Shown: positions 54,048 through 63,806, counted from the stretch's first letter. The stretch: 64,000 nt of DNA from Pseudomonadota bacterium (GCA_021325135.1 JAJPHT010000030.1:128001-192000); one strand, 5' to 3'. The notes: generated from the sequence alone by a model not told the origin. Made by a program: numbers and translations.

Positions 54048-55568
54048 ATGCGTGGCCTGGGGTGGCTGGGCGTCCTTCTCCTGCTGGCCTCAGCCCTCCC
54101 CCTCTCGGCCGAGGCGCGCGCCCAGCCCGTCGCCCCCTGGTGGACCGACGTCTCCTTCGACCGCGACCACGACGGGATCGACGACGCCCTCGCCGCCAGG
54201 CTGGGCTCCTCCGACCCGCTCACCGTCCTCGTGGACTACGCCAGCATGCCCACGCCCGGCCAGCGCGCCGCGCTGGACTCCCTGGGCGTGCAGGTGACCA
54301 GCGCCTATGCGCACTTCCCCATCCTCGCCGTCCGCGCGCTCCCCTCACAGGTCCCCGCGCTGCGGGCGCTCCCCGGCGTCGTCATGCTGGAGCACGACGA
54401 CGCGATCTACCGCCTTCTCAAGGACTCGGTCCCCCTCATCGGCGCGCCCACGGTCTGGAAGGACTACGGCGTGACCGGCAAGGGGGAGACCATCGCGATC
54501 CTGGACGACGGCGCCTTCGAGCAGCACCCCGACCTCCAGGGCAAGGTGGAGGCCGACTTCGACGCCGGCTCCCCCAGCACGCCCCTGGGCGGCTCCCCCG
54601 TCACCGTCGTCGCCCCCGCCGGCACGGAGGGGCACGGTACCCACGTCGCGGGCATCGCGGTGGGTGACGGCGCCCAGTCCCAGGGCCTCTACAAGGGCGT
54701 GGCCCCCGACGCGAAGTTCGCCAACGTGAAGGTCTTCAGCGCCGCCAACGCCACCACCTCGGAGCTGGTGCTCCGGGGCCTCGACTGGGTGCTCTCCAAC
54801 GCCAAGGCGCACAACATCCGCATCGCCAGCATGAGCCTGGGCGGCTCCCCCTCCGACGGCAACGACGCCATCTGCCGCGCCGTGGACCACGCCGTGGACG
54901 AGGGGCTCGTCGTCATCGCGGCGGCGGGCAACGCCGGCCCCGACGCCAGCACCATCACGGCCCCCGGCGCCGCCGCCAAGGCCATCACCGTGGGCGCGGT
55001 GGACAAGCAGAAGCGCATCGCGTCCTACTCCAGCCGCGGGCCCACCATCGCGACGAAGCTGCTGAAGCCCGACGTCGTGGCGCCCGGCAGCGACATCACC
55101 AGCGCGGTGCCCCCCTCCACCACCAGCGTGTCGGGCCTCTTCGGCGACCGCTCCGCCGGCTTCTACGGCACCTTGAGCGGCACCAGCATGGCGACGCCCC
55201 ACGTCGCGGGCGTGGCGGCCCTCATGCTGGAGGCCAACCCGGCGCTGACGCCCGCGGACGTGAAGAAGATCATCCTCGTCACGGCGCAGGACCTCGGCCC
55301 CAAGGGGCGCGACAACGACACGGGCTTCGGCTTCGTGAACGCCATCGCCTCCGTCCAGGCCGCCAAGGACCCCACCATCCTCGACCAGCCGCAGTTCGCC
55401 TCGCTCCTCGCGGTCGTCCCCGACGCGCCCCACGAGAGCGCGCTGGACCAATTCCAGTACGACGTGGCCGCCATGATCCGCCAGGGGCAGACCTCGCTCC
55501 TCGTCGCGGTCGCCGTGGGCTCGGTGGGGGCCGTGTTCATGGGCGTGGCCATCGCCCGCAGGAAGTAG
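54048..55568 (+). CDS. S8 family subtilisin-like serine peptidase, membrane-anchored
   Basis: ILDDG (Asp), HGTHVAG (His), AAGN, GTSMATPHVAG (Ser); signal peptide; C-terminal TM plus RRK. Confidence 0.96.
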   Translation: MRGLGWLGVLLLLASALPLSAEARAQPVAPWWTDVSFDRDHDGIDDALAARLGSSDPLTVLVDYASMPTPGQRAALDSLGVQVTSAYAHFPILAVRALPSQVPALRALPGVVMLEHDDAIYRLLKDSVPLIGAPTVWKDYGVTGKGETIAILDDGAFEQHPDLQGKVEADFDAGSPSTPLGGSPVTVVAPAGTEGHGTHVAGIAVGDGAQSQGLYKGVAPDAKFANVKVFSAANATTSELVLRGLDWVLSNAKAHNIRIASMSLGGSPSDGNDAICRAVDHAVDEGLVVIAAAGNAGPDASTITAPGAAAKAITVGAVDKQKRIASYSSRGPTIATKLLKPDVVAPGSDITSAVPPSTTSVSGLFGDRSAGFYGTLSGTSMATPHVAGVAALMLEANPALTPADVKKIILVTAQDLGPKGRDNDTGFGFVNAIASVQAAKDPTILDQPQFASLLAVVPDAPHESALDQFQYDVAAMIRQGQTSLLVAVAVGSVGAVFMGVAIARRK

Positions 55569-55619
55569 GAGCGATATCGGTCGCGGCGGCGCTGCGCCCC
55601 CCCCCCGGAACCCCCCGCT

Positions 55620-56165
55620 TCAGGACCACTTGATCGAGCACCCGATGGCCCACGTCTGGTCGCGCTTGGGAGGTCGTCCCGCCAGCAGCGCGTCGACCAC
55701 GTCGGGGAGATATCGTTCCTTGACCTTGGTCCCCTCGCGGTCGTCGTCGAAGCGCCCCTGATAGCAGAGGTGGAAGCCCGAGTCGAACACGAGGAAGTGG
55801 GGCGTGCACTGCGCGCCGTAGAGCGTGGCCGCGCTCTGGTTCGCGTCGCGGAGGTAGGGGAAGGGGTAGCCCTGCTCCTGGGCGCGGGCCACCATGTGGT
55901 CGAGGGAGTCCTCGGGGTAGTTCGGCTCGTCGTTGCTGTTGATGGCGACGACGCCCACGCCGCGCTTGCGCGCCTCGTCCGCCCATTCCACGAAGCGCCG
56001 CTCGTAGCTGCGCACGTAGGGGCAGTGGTTGCACCAGAACGCGACGACGAGGGCCTTGCTCCCCGCGAAGTCCGAGAGGGCGATGCGCCGGCCATCGACG
56101 TTGGGCAAGTCGAAGGGGGGCGCGCGCTCGCCGGTCTTGAGCTTGTAGCCACCGCTGACTTCCAT
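55620..56165 (-). CDS. Thioredoxin family (AhpC/TSA-like) protein
   Basis: APPFDLP, WCNHCPYV, INSND, CTPHF, YQGRFDD, IGCSIKW. Confidence 0.93.
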   Translation of the reverse strand: MEVSGGYKLKTGERAPPFDLPNVDGRRIALSDFAGSKALVVAFWCNHCPYVRSYERRFVEWADEARKRGVGVVAINSNDEPNYPEDSLDHMVARAQEQGYPFPYLRDANQSAATLYGAQCTPHFLVFDSGFHLCYQGRFDDDREGTKVKERYLPDVVDALLAGRPPKRDQTWAIGCSIKWS

Positions 56166-56203
56166 GCGCGGAGCCACGCGTCGCGAGGGCAAGAGCGTGG
56201 CGG

Positions 56204-56875
56204 TCAGGAGGGGCCGTCCAGCAGGCGGGCGATCCAGCCGGGGTCGAGGCTCAGGCGCGCCCGTCCGGGGTCGTCCACCTCGTCGAGGATGGCGTCGAGG
56301 TCGCCCCCCTCGCGCATGAGGGCGTTCATGCGCATCAGGTGGATCGCAAGGAACGCCAGCACGGCGACGAGGAGCGCGCCGTAGGCGACGCCCGCCCACG
56401 CGCGCCACGCCCAGAGGCGGGCGGCGCCCTCGTACCCGCCGGCGAGGTAGGCCGCGACGAGGACGCCGTAGCCCAGCCACGAGGCCGCGACGGTGGGCGG
56501 GACGCGCCGCGCGAAGGGGCTCTTGCGGTCCTTGAGGCGCCAGAGCTTCGCGGCCGTCCCCGACTCCCACAGGAGGGCGCGCGCCCCGAGGCGGGCGTTG
56601 ACGCGGCGCTCCAACCGCTCCAGGTGCTTGCCCATGATGAGCGTCTGCGCGCCGTCGTTGAGGAAGAGCATCGCGAAGGTGACGCTCAGGAGCGGCGCCG
56701 CGAGCAGCGTCAGGTCCGTGACCACGGGGAGGCCCAGCTGCGTCGCGACCGCGAAGGCCGAGAGCACGCCCACCATGACGACGTAGTGCTGGCGCATGCT
56801 CGACTTGTGGAGGCGGATCTCCTCCCGCAGCGCGTCGTACTCGTGGAGCATCGCCTCGACGGCGTCATCCCCCAT
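56204..56875 (-). CDS. Hypothetical 4-TM membrane protein
   Basis: EYDALREEI amphipathic helix, TM pair, HLERLERRVN...LLWE, TM pair. Confidence 0.75.
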   Translation of the reverse strand: MGDDAVEAMLHEYDALREEIRLHKSSMRQHYVVMVGVLSAFAVATQLGLPVVTDLTLLAAPLLSVTFAMLFLNDGAQTLIMGKHLERLERRVNARLGARALLWESGTAAKLWRLKDRKSPFARRVPPTVAASWLGYGVLVAAYLAGGYEGAARLWAWRAWAGVAYGALLVAVLAFLAIHLMRMNALMREGGDLDAILDEVDDPGRARLSLDPGWIARLLDGPS

Positions 56876-56921
56876 GCCTCGCACCCTCTGGCCACGTCGA
56901 CGCGGTGCGCCTACTTCACGG

Positions 56922-57197
56922 TTACCCGGGCTGCGCGCCCACGGCGTCCGCGACGGCGCGGTCCAGCAGCGCCCGGACCGCAGGCTTCGCCAGCGCGCCC
57001 TCCGCCCACGACTCGTCGCCCGAGTAGTCCGCGAACGTCTCGCCGGGGAGCGCCCACGCGCCCTGCTCCAGCGCGGCGAGGAGGCGCTCCTTGGTCGTGG
57101 GGAGCGGCTTGCGCGGCGCGAGGGCCGCCGCCACGCGGGGCATCGCGGTGCGGAAGAGGACGCCCACCAGCACGACGCGCGCCTGCGCGTCCTTCAG
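56922..57197 (-). CDS. Small hypothetical protein (~91 aa, possible CTG start)
   Basis: Protein-like frame begins at a CTGA overlap with the upstream stop and fills the gap to the next gene. Confidence 0.5.
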   Translation of the reverse strand: MKDAQARVVLVGVLFRTAMPRVAAALAPRKPLPTTKERLLAALEQGAWALPGETFADYSGDESWAEGALAKPAVRALLDRAVADAVGAQPG

Positions 57198-58315
57198 AGG
57201 ATCGCCCCCAGCGTGGGCAGCGAGTGGAAGCTCGTCTCGTAGGCGGAGACGGCGCGCCGGGCCAGCGCGGCGTCGATCTCCTCCGCGCCGGCCTCCGCGC
57301 CAAGCAGGCCCGCGCGGAGGACCACCTGGAGCGCGGCCTCGCCCAGCACGCGGGCGTAGGCGGCGGGGAGCGTCGCCTGATAGCCCGACGCGTCCACGAG
57401 CCACGCCGCGGCGCCCTCCGCGTGGTCGCGCCCGCAGAGCCTCGCGAGGTAGGACGCGAGCGTCGCGCTGGCCTCCTCGCTCCAGTCCAGGGGCAGGCTG
57501 TCGAGGGCGAGGCGGCTCTCGCGCGGGCCGCGGGTGAGGAGGACCTCGGAGCCGCGCACGCGCGCCTGCGTCCACGCGAAGCCGGCGGGCTCCACCCAGA
57601 GCACGGTCTCCGGCTCGTCGAAGGCGTCGGCCGCGGCGTCCGGGAGCAGGTCGTCGAGCCCCGCCTCGGCCTCGGCGTCGAAGAGGCGCGACACGGCGTC
57701 GGGCGCGTCGAGGAGGAGGTCGCCCTCCGCGAGCCCCGCGAAGAAGGCGGGCAGCATGGGCGGGCGCGCCAGCGCGGCGACGTGCGGCAGGAACGCGCCG
57801 CGCAGCTTGTCGGGCGGCGCGTGGACGCCCCACTCTTTCATGCGGCGGTCGAACTCGGCGAACGTCTCCTTCGCGCGCTGCGCCTGCTCCGCCGCGCCGG
57901 GCTGCGCAAGGGCCAGCTCCGCCGCCCGCCGCGCGCCGTCCTCGGCCCGGCTCGCCACGCCGAAGGGGTGCCTCGCGTCGCCGTCCGTGTCGGGCTCGTC
58001 GGCCCGGTGCGCCTCCGCGACGCCGGGGCACGCCAGCGTGACCGACACCTGGATGCGCCGCCCCGCGTGGACCTGGTACGGGTAGAGGTGGCACACGCTG
58101 GGGCGTGCCTCGTACACGCCGCACGCGCGGTCCTCGCGCAGCGCGCCGCAGGCGGGCCCCTTCATCGGGATGCGCAGCGTGCCGTCCGCGGCCTTGACGA
58201 CGAGGGGGCCCAGCGGGCTCCGCTCGTGGGGCAGCACCAGCGGCGTCGCGGTGCAGCAGAACCCACAGCCGGGCTGGCACTCGAAGGTGAGCCCCTTGGC
58301 GTCCGCGACGTTCAC
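57194..58315 (-). CDS. YkgJ family Cys-cluster protein
   Basis: FECQPGCGFCC, CGAL...CGVYEARPSVCHLYPY, CPG. Confidence 0.88.
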   Translation of the reverse strand: MNVADAKGLTFECQPGCGFCCTATPLVLPHERSPLGPLVVKAADGTLRIPMKGPACGALREDRACGVYEARPSVCHLYPYQVHAGRRIQVSVTLACPGVAEAHRADEPDTDGDARHPFGVASRAEDGARRAAELALAQPGAAEQAQRAKETFAEFDRRMKEWGVHAPPDKLRGAFLPHVAALARPPMLPAFFAGLAEGDLLLDAPDAVSRLFDAEAEAGLDDLLPDAAADAFDEPETVLWVEPAGFAWTQARVRGSEVLLTRGPRESRLALDSLPLDWSEEASATLASYLARLCGRDHAEGAAAWLVDASGYQATLPAAYARVLGEAALQVVLRAGLLGAEAGAEEIDAALARRAVSAYETSFHSLPTLGAIL

Positions 58316-58395
58316 GGCCGCCCCACGGCGCTTCCCCCATGAAAGGGCTCCGCCATGGAAAAACGCCTAAGCCAAGCCCGGCTGGTGGAGGAGGC

Positions 58396-60030
58396 ATGGC
58401 CGACATCCACGGCGGCAAGCACGTCGCCCGCGCCCTCAAGGACGAGGGCGTCACGCACATCTTCACCCTCTGCGGCGGCCACATCATGCCCATCTACGAG
58501 GGGTGCCTCGACGAGGGCATCCGCGTCGTCGACGTGCGCCACGAGCAGGCCGCCGTCATGGCCGCCGACGCCGTGACGCGCCTCACCCGCAACCCGGGCG
58601 TCGCCGCCGTCACCGCGGGCCCCGGCGTCATGAACGGCGTGACCGGCGTCGCCAACGCCCGCGCCGCGGACTCGCCCGTCGTCGTGCTGGGCGGGCAGAG
58701 CGACTTCGCGCGCTTCGGGCAGGGCGCGCTCCAGGAGGGCCCGCAGGCGTCCGTGCTCGCGCCGCTGTGCAAGTGGACCGCCTCGTGCTACGAGTCGCGG
58801 CTCCTCCAGGACTACGTGCACACCGCGTTCCGCGAGGCCACGAGCCCCCGCGCGGGCCCCGCCTTCCTGGAGGTGCCCTGGGACGTGCTCTTCGCCGAGT
58901 CGCCCGAGCCCGTCTACCCCCGGGGCCGCCAGCGCGTGCCGTTCCGCGCGACGCCCGAGGACGTGGACCTGCGCCGCGCGGCCGACCTCCTCGCGCAGGC
59001 GCAGCGGCCCGTCGTCGTCGCGGGCTCCGGCGTCTGGTGGGGCCACGGCGAGAACGCGCTGAAGGCGCTCGCAGAACGCTATCAGGCCCCGGTCTACCTC
59101 AACGGCCTCGCCCGCGGCATGCTGCCGCGCAGCCACAGGCACTTCCTCGTCCACTCGCGCGGCAAGGCCCTGGCCGAGGCCGACGTCGTGCTGGACCTCG
59201 CGACGCCCTTCGACTTCCGCATGAGCTTCGGCGAGGGCGTGAACCCCGACGCGGCCATCATCCACGCCGACACCACCGCGGCCGCGCTGGGCCGGCGCCC
59301 CGTGGAGGTCGGCCTCGTGGGGAGCCTCGGCCTCACGCTGGAGGGCCTGCACGCGCTCCTCCACGGCCGCCCGCAGCCCGACCGCGCCGCGTGGCTTGCC
59401 CAGCTTCGCCGCCACGACGAGAAAAAGATCGCCGAGAACGAGGCCGCCATGGCCGAAGGGGGCGACCCCATGCACGCCCTCGCCATGCTCAAGGGCCTCA
59501 ACGACGCCATCGACGAGGACACGCTGGTGGTGGGCGACGGGGGCAACATCGTCGCGCTGGCGGGCAAGGTGCTGGAGGTCTCGCAGCCGGGCCACTGGCT
59601 GGACCCCGGCCCCTACGGCACGCTGGGCGTCGGCCTCCCCTTCGCCATGGCCGCGAAGCTCGTCCATCCCGCCAAGAAGGTCCTCGTGCTCTCGGGCGAC
59701 GGCGCGTTCGGCCTCAACGGCATGGAGATCGAGTCGTGCGCGAGGCAGGGCATCCCGGTCACGGTCGTCGTCGCCAACGACGGCGCGTGGAACCAGATCC
59801 GCGACCCGCAGCTCACCTTCTACGGCGAGGAGCGCGCCGTCGCGACGGGGCTCTCCCAGAAGGTCCGCCACGACCAGATCGCCCTCGCGTGCGGCGGGCA
59901 CGGCGAGCGCGTCGTGGACGCCAAGGAGGTGGCGCCCGCCATCGAGCGCGCCTTCGCCAGCGGCAAGGCCGCGGTGGTGGACGTCGTCATCGACCGCGCC
60001 ACCAACAAGGGCTCAGGCAAGCCGATGTGA
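58396..60030 (+). CDS. ThDP-dependent enzyme (acetolactate synthase / 2-hydroxyacyl-CoA lyase-like)
   Basis: LCGGHI, DVRHEQAA, TAGPG, LDPGPYGTLGVG, GDGAFG...ND motif; GGAGGAGG RBS. Confidence 0.93.
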   Translation: MADIHGGKHVARALKDEGVTHIFTLCGGHIMPIYEGCLDEGIRVVDVRHEQAAVMAADAVTRLTRNPGVAAVTAGPGVMNGVTGVANARAADSPVVVLGGQSDFARFGQGALQEGPQASVLAPLCKWTASCYESRLLQDYVHTAFREATSPRAGPAFLEVPWDVLFAESPEPVYPRGRQRVPFRATPEDVDLRRAADLLAQAQRPVVVAGSGVWWGHGENALKALAERYQAPVYLNGLARGMLPRSHRHFLVHSRGKALAEADVVLDLATPFDFRMSFGEGVNPDAAIIHADTTAAALGRRPVEVGLVGSLGLTLEGLHALLHGRPQPDRAAWLAQLRRHDEKKIAENEAAMAEGGDPMHALAMLKGLNDAIDEDTLVVGDGGNIVALAGKVLEVSQPGHWLDPGPYGTLGVGLPFAMAAKLVHPAKKVLVLSGDGAFGLNGMEIESCARQGIPVTVVVANDGAWNQIRDPQLTFYGEERAVATGLSQKVRHDQIALACGGHGERVVDAKEVAPAIERAFASGKAAVVDVVIDRATNKGSGKPM

Positions 60031-60507
60031 GCCCCGCGTCCTTGCGCCGGTGGGCGCCCGGCCCCGGCGCGGCGCGGGCTCCTCGTCCGCCTCGTGCCCG
60101 TGCGCGTCCAAGTCCTCGTCGTCCCACGCGTCCGCGTAGACCACGCCCACCTGCAGCGCGCTGCGCGTGCCGCGCAGGGCGTCCACGAACCCGCGCACGC
60201 GCTCCGCGGGGCCCTCCACGACGAAGATCTCGATGCACGCCTTCCGCGCGTGGCCGTGCATCATGCTCCGCACGACGTCCGTGTATTCGTGGCGGATGCG
60301 CGCGAAGGGCTTCTCCTCCCCGTGCGGGTAGACGAGGGTGACGCTGGCCGAGCGCGCGCCCCCGCGCTCCTCCGCGGCGGTCGCGACGAGGTAGTCGCGC
60401 ACGCAGGCGCGCAGGAGCTCGCTGCGGCCCGAGAAGCCCCGCTTGTCGATGAGGGCGTCCGCCTTCCGCAGGAGCGCGTCGGGGATGCTGATGCTCACGA
60501 CGGCCAT
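60013..60507 (-). CDS. nikR: NikR family metal-responsive regulator (RHH plus metal-binding domain)
   Basis: VVSISIPDALL...GFSGRSELLR; H...HGH...C ligand pattern (RHEY, MHGH, ACIE); extra acidic/His tail. Confidence 0.88.
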   Translation of the reverse strand: MAVVSISIPDALLRKADALIDKRGFSGRSELLRACVRDYLVATAAEERGGARSASVTLVYPHGEEKPFARIRHEYTDVVRSMMHGHARKACIEIFVVEGPAERVRGFVDALRGTRSALQVGVVYADAWDDEDLDAHGHEADEEPAPRRGRAPTGARTRGSHRLA

Positions 60508-60521
60508 GGATTGGCAAGGAT

Positions 60522-60641
60522 TCACAGGTTCAAAGCGTTTCCTATGAATTCTGGGCCACCTCCTCCTTTCCCCGCCGGTCCGCGGGCCTGCGTTCGCAAT
60601 CCGGCTGCGAGAGTTTCCTAGCTTTATGGAAATGGCTATGA
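60522..60641. promoter_or_regulatory. Two imperfect inverted repeats TC(A/C)(C/T)AG-N14-CTATGA in the divergent promoter region
   Basis: TCACAG-N14-CTATGA at 60522-60547 and TCCTAG-N14-CTATGA at 60616-60641. Confidence 0.65.
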
Positions 60642-60663
60642 CCCTCCCGCGAATGCAGGCCGC

Positions 60664-61587
60664 ATGCGCGCCACCGCGATGCTCCTCGTCGCCGCCGTCA
60701 CGCTCCCGGCCCTCGCGGGCTGCGCGAGCCCCTCGGGAGGTCCGGCCTCGTCCGGCTCTAGGGCGCCCGACGTCATGGCGACGTTCTACCCGCTCCAGTT
60801 CCTGGCGCAGCGCGTCGCCGGCCCCGACCTCGTCGTGGGCAGCGTCGTGAGGCCGGGCGTCGAGCCGCACGACTACGAGGCCACCGCCGACGACGTCGTG
60901 AAGATCCACGACGCGAAGGCGCTCGTCGTCATGGGCGCGGGCTTCGAAGCGTGGCTCCAGACCGCGCGGTCCCAGGCGCCCGACACGAGGCTGATCGTGT
61001 CCACGGAGGGCCTCAGGACCCGCGCGAACCCCGACGAGGAGGAGGCGAAGAGCCTCCCCGCGGACCCGCACACGTGGATGTCCCCCGTGCTGGCCCAGCA
61101 GATGGCGCGCAACGTCCAGGCGGGCCTCGCCGCCGCCTGGCCCGACAAGGCCGCGACGTTCCGCGCGAACGCCGACCAGCTCGTCGCGGACCTCAAGGAG
61201 CTGGACCGCGAGTACCGCCTCACGCTCGCCAACTGCTCGACCCCCTTCGCCGTCACGAACCACGCGGCCTTCGGCTACTTGGCCGAGGAGTACAACTTCA
61301 CGCAGATCCCCATCGCGGGGCTCGACCCCGAGGCGGAGCCCGACCCGCAGACGGTCGCGCACGTCGTGGACGAGGCGAAGGCGCACAACGTGACTGTGGT
61401 CTTCTTCGAGGACAGCGTGAGCAGCAAGGTGGCGCAGACCATCGCGGACCAGGCGCACGCGACCACGCGCGTCCTCTCGCCCATCGAGATCGTCCCCGAG
61501 GAGAGGCAGAGGCAAGGGGTGGACTACTTCACGGTCATGCGCGAGGACATGGTCGCGCTCCACGATGGGATGGGGTGCAGCCCGTGA
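60664..61587 (+). CDS. znuA: Metal ABC transporter substrate-binding lipoprotein (ZnuA/AdcA type)
   Basis: LAGC lipobox; EPHDYE, DPHTWMSP, HAAFGYLA. Confidence 0.9.
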   Translation: MRATAMLLVAAVTLPALAGCASPSGGPASSGSRAPDVMATFYPLQFLAQRVAGPDLVVGSVVRPGVEPHDYEATADDVVKIHDAKALVVMGAGFEAWLQTARSQAPDTRLIVSTEGLRTRANPDEEEAKSLPADPHTWMSPVLAQQMARNVQAGLAAAWPDKAATFRANADQLVADLKELDREYRLTLANCSTPFAVTNHAAFGYLAEEYNFTQIPIAGLDPEAEPDPQTVAHVVDEAKAHNVTVVFFEDSVSSKVAQTIADQAHATTRVLSPIEIVPEERQRQGVDYFTVMREDMVALHDGMGCSP

Positions 61588-62357
61588 CGCACGAGCCGGC
61601 GCACACGCACGCGCCCAACCCGCCCGGGAAGCCCGTCCTGGAGCTTCGCGACGTGTGCGTCAACCTGGGCCGCGAGCGCGTCCTCTCGGACGTGAGCCTC
61701 CTCGTCCGCGAAGGCGAGTTCGTCGGCCTCGCGGGCCCCAACGGCGGCGGCAAGAGCACGCTCCTGCGCGCCATCCTGGGCCTCGTCCCCACGAGCTGCG
61801 GCTCCATCCAGCTCTTCGGCGTCCCCGCGCACGAGTTCCGCGACCGGAGGCGCATCGGCTACGTCGCGCAGAACGCCGCGCACGTCGAGACGGCGTTCCC
61901 CGCCAGCGCGGAGGAGATCGTGCGCCTGGGCCGCGTCGCGCCCCGCGGCCTCCTGCGCCGCCTCAACGGCGAGGACAAGCGGCTGGCGCTGGAGGCGATG
62001 CGCGAGGTGGGCGTCGAGAAGCTGGCCAGGCGGCAGATCGGCGCGATGAGCGGCGGCCAGCGGCAGCGCGTCCTCCTCGCCCGCGCGCTGGCCAGCAGGC
62101 CCGACCTCCTCGTGCTCGACGAGCCCATCACCGGCATCGACCCGCAGGCGCGCGACGACTTCACGCACCTCCTCGTGCGCCTCAACCGCGAGAAGGGCCT
62201 GACGACGCTCCTCGTGAGCCACGACACGGACATCCTCAGCCACGCTGCGACGCGGCTCGTCGTCATCGATCGCAAGGTCCAGTACGACGCGCCCATCGAC
62301 CCCGACGCGCCCCTGCCGGGCCACCTCCACCTGCACGACCCGAGGCTGCGGCCATGA
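61584..62357 (+). CDS. znuC: Metal ABC transporter ATP-binding protein
   Basis: GPNGGGKST, MSGGQRQR, LDEP, VSHD. Confidence 0.92.
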   Translation: MTHEPAHTHAPNPPGKPVLELRDVCVNLGRERVLSDVSLLVREGEFVGLAGPNGGGKSTLLRAILGLVPTSCGSIQLFGVPAHEFRDRRRIGYVAQNAAHVETAFPASAEEIVRLGRVAPRGLLRRLNGEDKRLALEAMREVGVEKLARRQIGAMSGGQRQRVLLARALASRPDLLVLDEPITGIDPQARDDFTHLLVRLNREKGLTTLLVSHDTDILSHAATRLVVIDRKVQYDAPIDPDAPLPGHLHLHDPRLRP

Positions 62358-63199
62358 ACTTCCTCGACATCCTCCTCCACTACGAGTTCCTCCAGCGCGC
62401 GCTCCTGGCCGGCGTCCTCGTGGCGATCCTCTGCGGCATGCTGGGCGTCTTCCTCGTGCTGCGGCAGATGAGCCTCCTGGGCGACGGGCTCGCGCACGTC
62501 AGCTTCGGCGGCGTCGCCATCGGCCTCGCCTTCGGCTTCTACCCCATCGGCGTCGCGCTTGTGGGCAGCGTCCTCGCGGGCGTCGCCATCTACCTCCTGC
62601 GCGACCGGGGCATCGTGAAGGGCGACACGGCCATCGGCATCCTCTTCACCGCGGGCCTCGCGCTGGGCATCCTCGTCGTGAGCGCGACGGGCGGCTTCAC
62701 GGTGAACGCCAACAGCTATCTTTTCGGCAACATCCTCGCCATCACGACGCAGGACCTCCAGGTCGTCTTCGGCGTGGGCCTCCTCCTCGTGCTGCTGGTG
62801 TACGCCTTCTTCAAGGAGTTCTTCAGCATGACCTTCAGCGAGGAGGCGGCCAAGGTCACGGGCCTGCCCGTGGGCCTGCTCAACGTGGTCTTCGTGAGCC
62901 TCACGGCGGCCACCATCGTCGTCGCGAGCCGCATCGTGGGCGTCCTCCTGGTGAGCGCGCTCATCATCGTTCCCGCGGCCACGAGCCTCCAGATCGCGCG
63001 GAGCTTCCGCGTCGCCATCGCGCTGAGCGTGGCGATCGGCGTCCTCAGCGTCGTCGCGGGCATGGTCCTCGCCGTCCAGGAGGGGTGGGCGACGGGTGCC
63101 AGCATCGCCATCGTCGCCATCGCCCTCTTCGTGCTGACCCTCGCGGGGAAGCGCGTCTTCCGCGAGCCCGTCGTCGAGCCGGAGCACCCCCACGGCTGA
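62354..63199 (+). CDS. znuB: Metal ABC transporter permease
   Basis: LGDGLAHVSFGG, YLFGNIL, VGVLLVSALIIVPAA. Confidence 0.92.
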   Translation: MNFLDILLHYEFLQRALLAGVLVAILCGMLGVFLVLRQMSLLGDGLAHVSFGGVAIGLAFGFYPIGVALVGSVLAGVAIYLLRDRGIVKGDTAIGILFTAGLALGILVVSATGGFTVNANSYLFGNILAITTQDLQVVFGVGLLLVLLVYAFFKEFFSMTFSEEAAKVTGLPVGLLNVVFVSLTAATIVVASRIVGVLLVSALIIVPAATSLQIARSFRVAIALSVAIGVLSVVAGMVLAVQEGWATGASIAIVAIALFVLTLAGKRVFREPVVEPEHPHG

Positions 63200-63269
63200 C
63201 GCGGGGCGGCGATACTTTCAGCGGACCCTCCGCGAAGCCCAAGCCTGCAACGTCCCGTCGAGGGCGCCC

Positions 63270-63803
63270 ATGGCCGCCACGCGCCTGATGGAGTGCGCGG
63301 ACTGCTCCGTCCTCGTCCACGCCCCCGCGCGCGGCGCCGCCGGGTGCCCGGAGTGCTCGGGCCGGCTCTCTCCGGGCCTGCGAGACGTGGGCTTCGCGGA
63401 CGCCGCGCGCGTCTACGGAGAGCCTGGCGCGCCCTTCGTCCCGCCCCCCGAGGAGGCGCCGACGGAGCCCGCCCGCAAGCCGGCCAAGCTGCGCTGCGCG
63501 GACGGCCACCGCGTGCGCTCCAAGCCCGAGCGCGCCGTGGACGACTGGCTCCACGCCAACGGCATCCTCCACGAGCTGGAGCCGCGCCTCAAAGGCATGC
63601 GCCCCGACTGGAGGATCGGCAACGTGTACGTCGAATACTGGGGCCTCTCCGGCCAGCAGGGGTACGAGGCGCGCCGCGAGGAGAAGCTGGCGCTCTACCG
63701 CAAGCGGAGGCTCAGGCTCGTGGAGCTGTTCCCCGACGACGTGGCCGACCTGGAGCCCAAGCTGGGCTTCTTGAGAAGGGCGCAGCCCGCGCGGCTGTTC
63801 TGA
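63270..63803 (+). CDS. Zn-ribbon plus restriction-endonuclease-like fold protein
   Basis: CADC...CPEC; DGHRVRSKPE..VDDWL...PDW...YVEYWG...K..LY. Confidence 0.75.
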   Translation: MAATRLMECADCSVLVHAPARGAAGCPECSGRLSPGLRDVGFADAARVYGEPGAPFVPPPEEAPTEPARKPAKLRCADGHRVRSKPERAVDDWLHANGILHELEPRLKGMRPDWRIGNVYVEYWGLSGQQGYEARREEKLALYRKRRLRLVELFPDDVADLEPKLGFLRRAQPARLF

Positions 63804-63806
63804 GCC

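Noticed and set aside
31178-63199. Very long Arg/Pro/Gly-rich ORFs and N-terminal extensions in the track (e.g. 31178..33832, 37008.., 43403..45874, 48137..50437, 60013..61563, 61565..)
   Set aside because: Off-frame read-through in very high-GC DNA; true starts were reassigned using family motifs, RBSs and stop/start overlaps.
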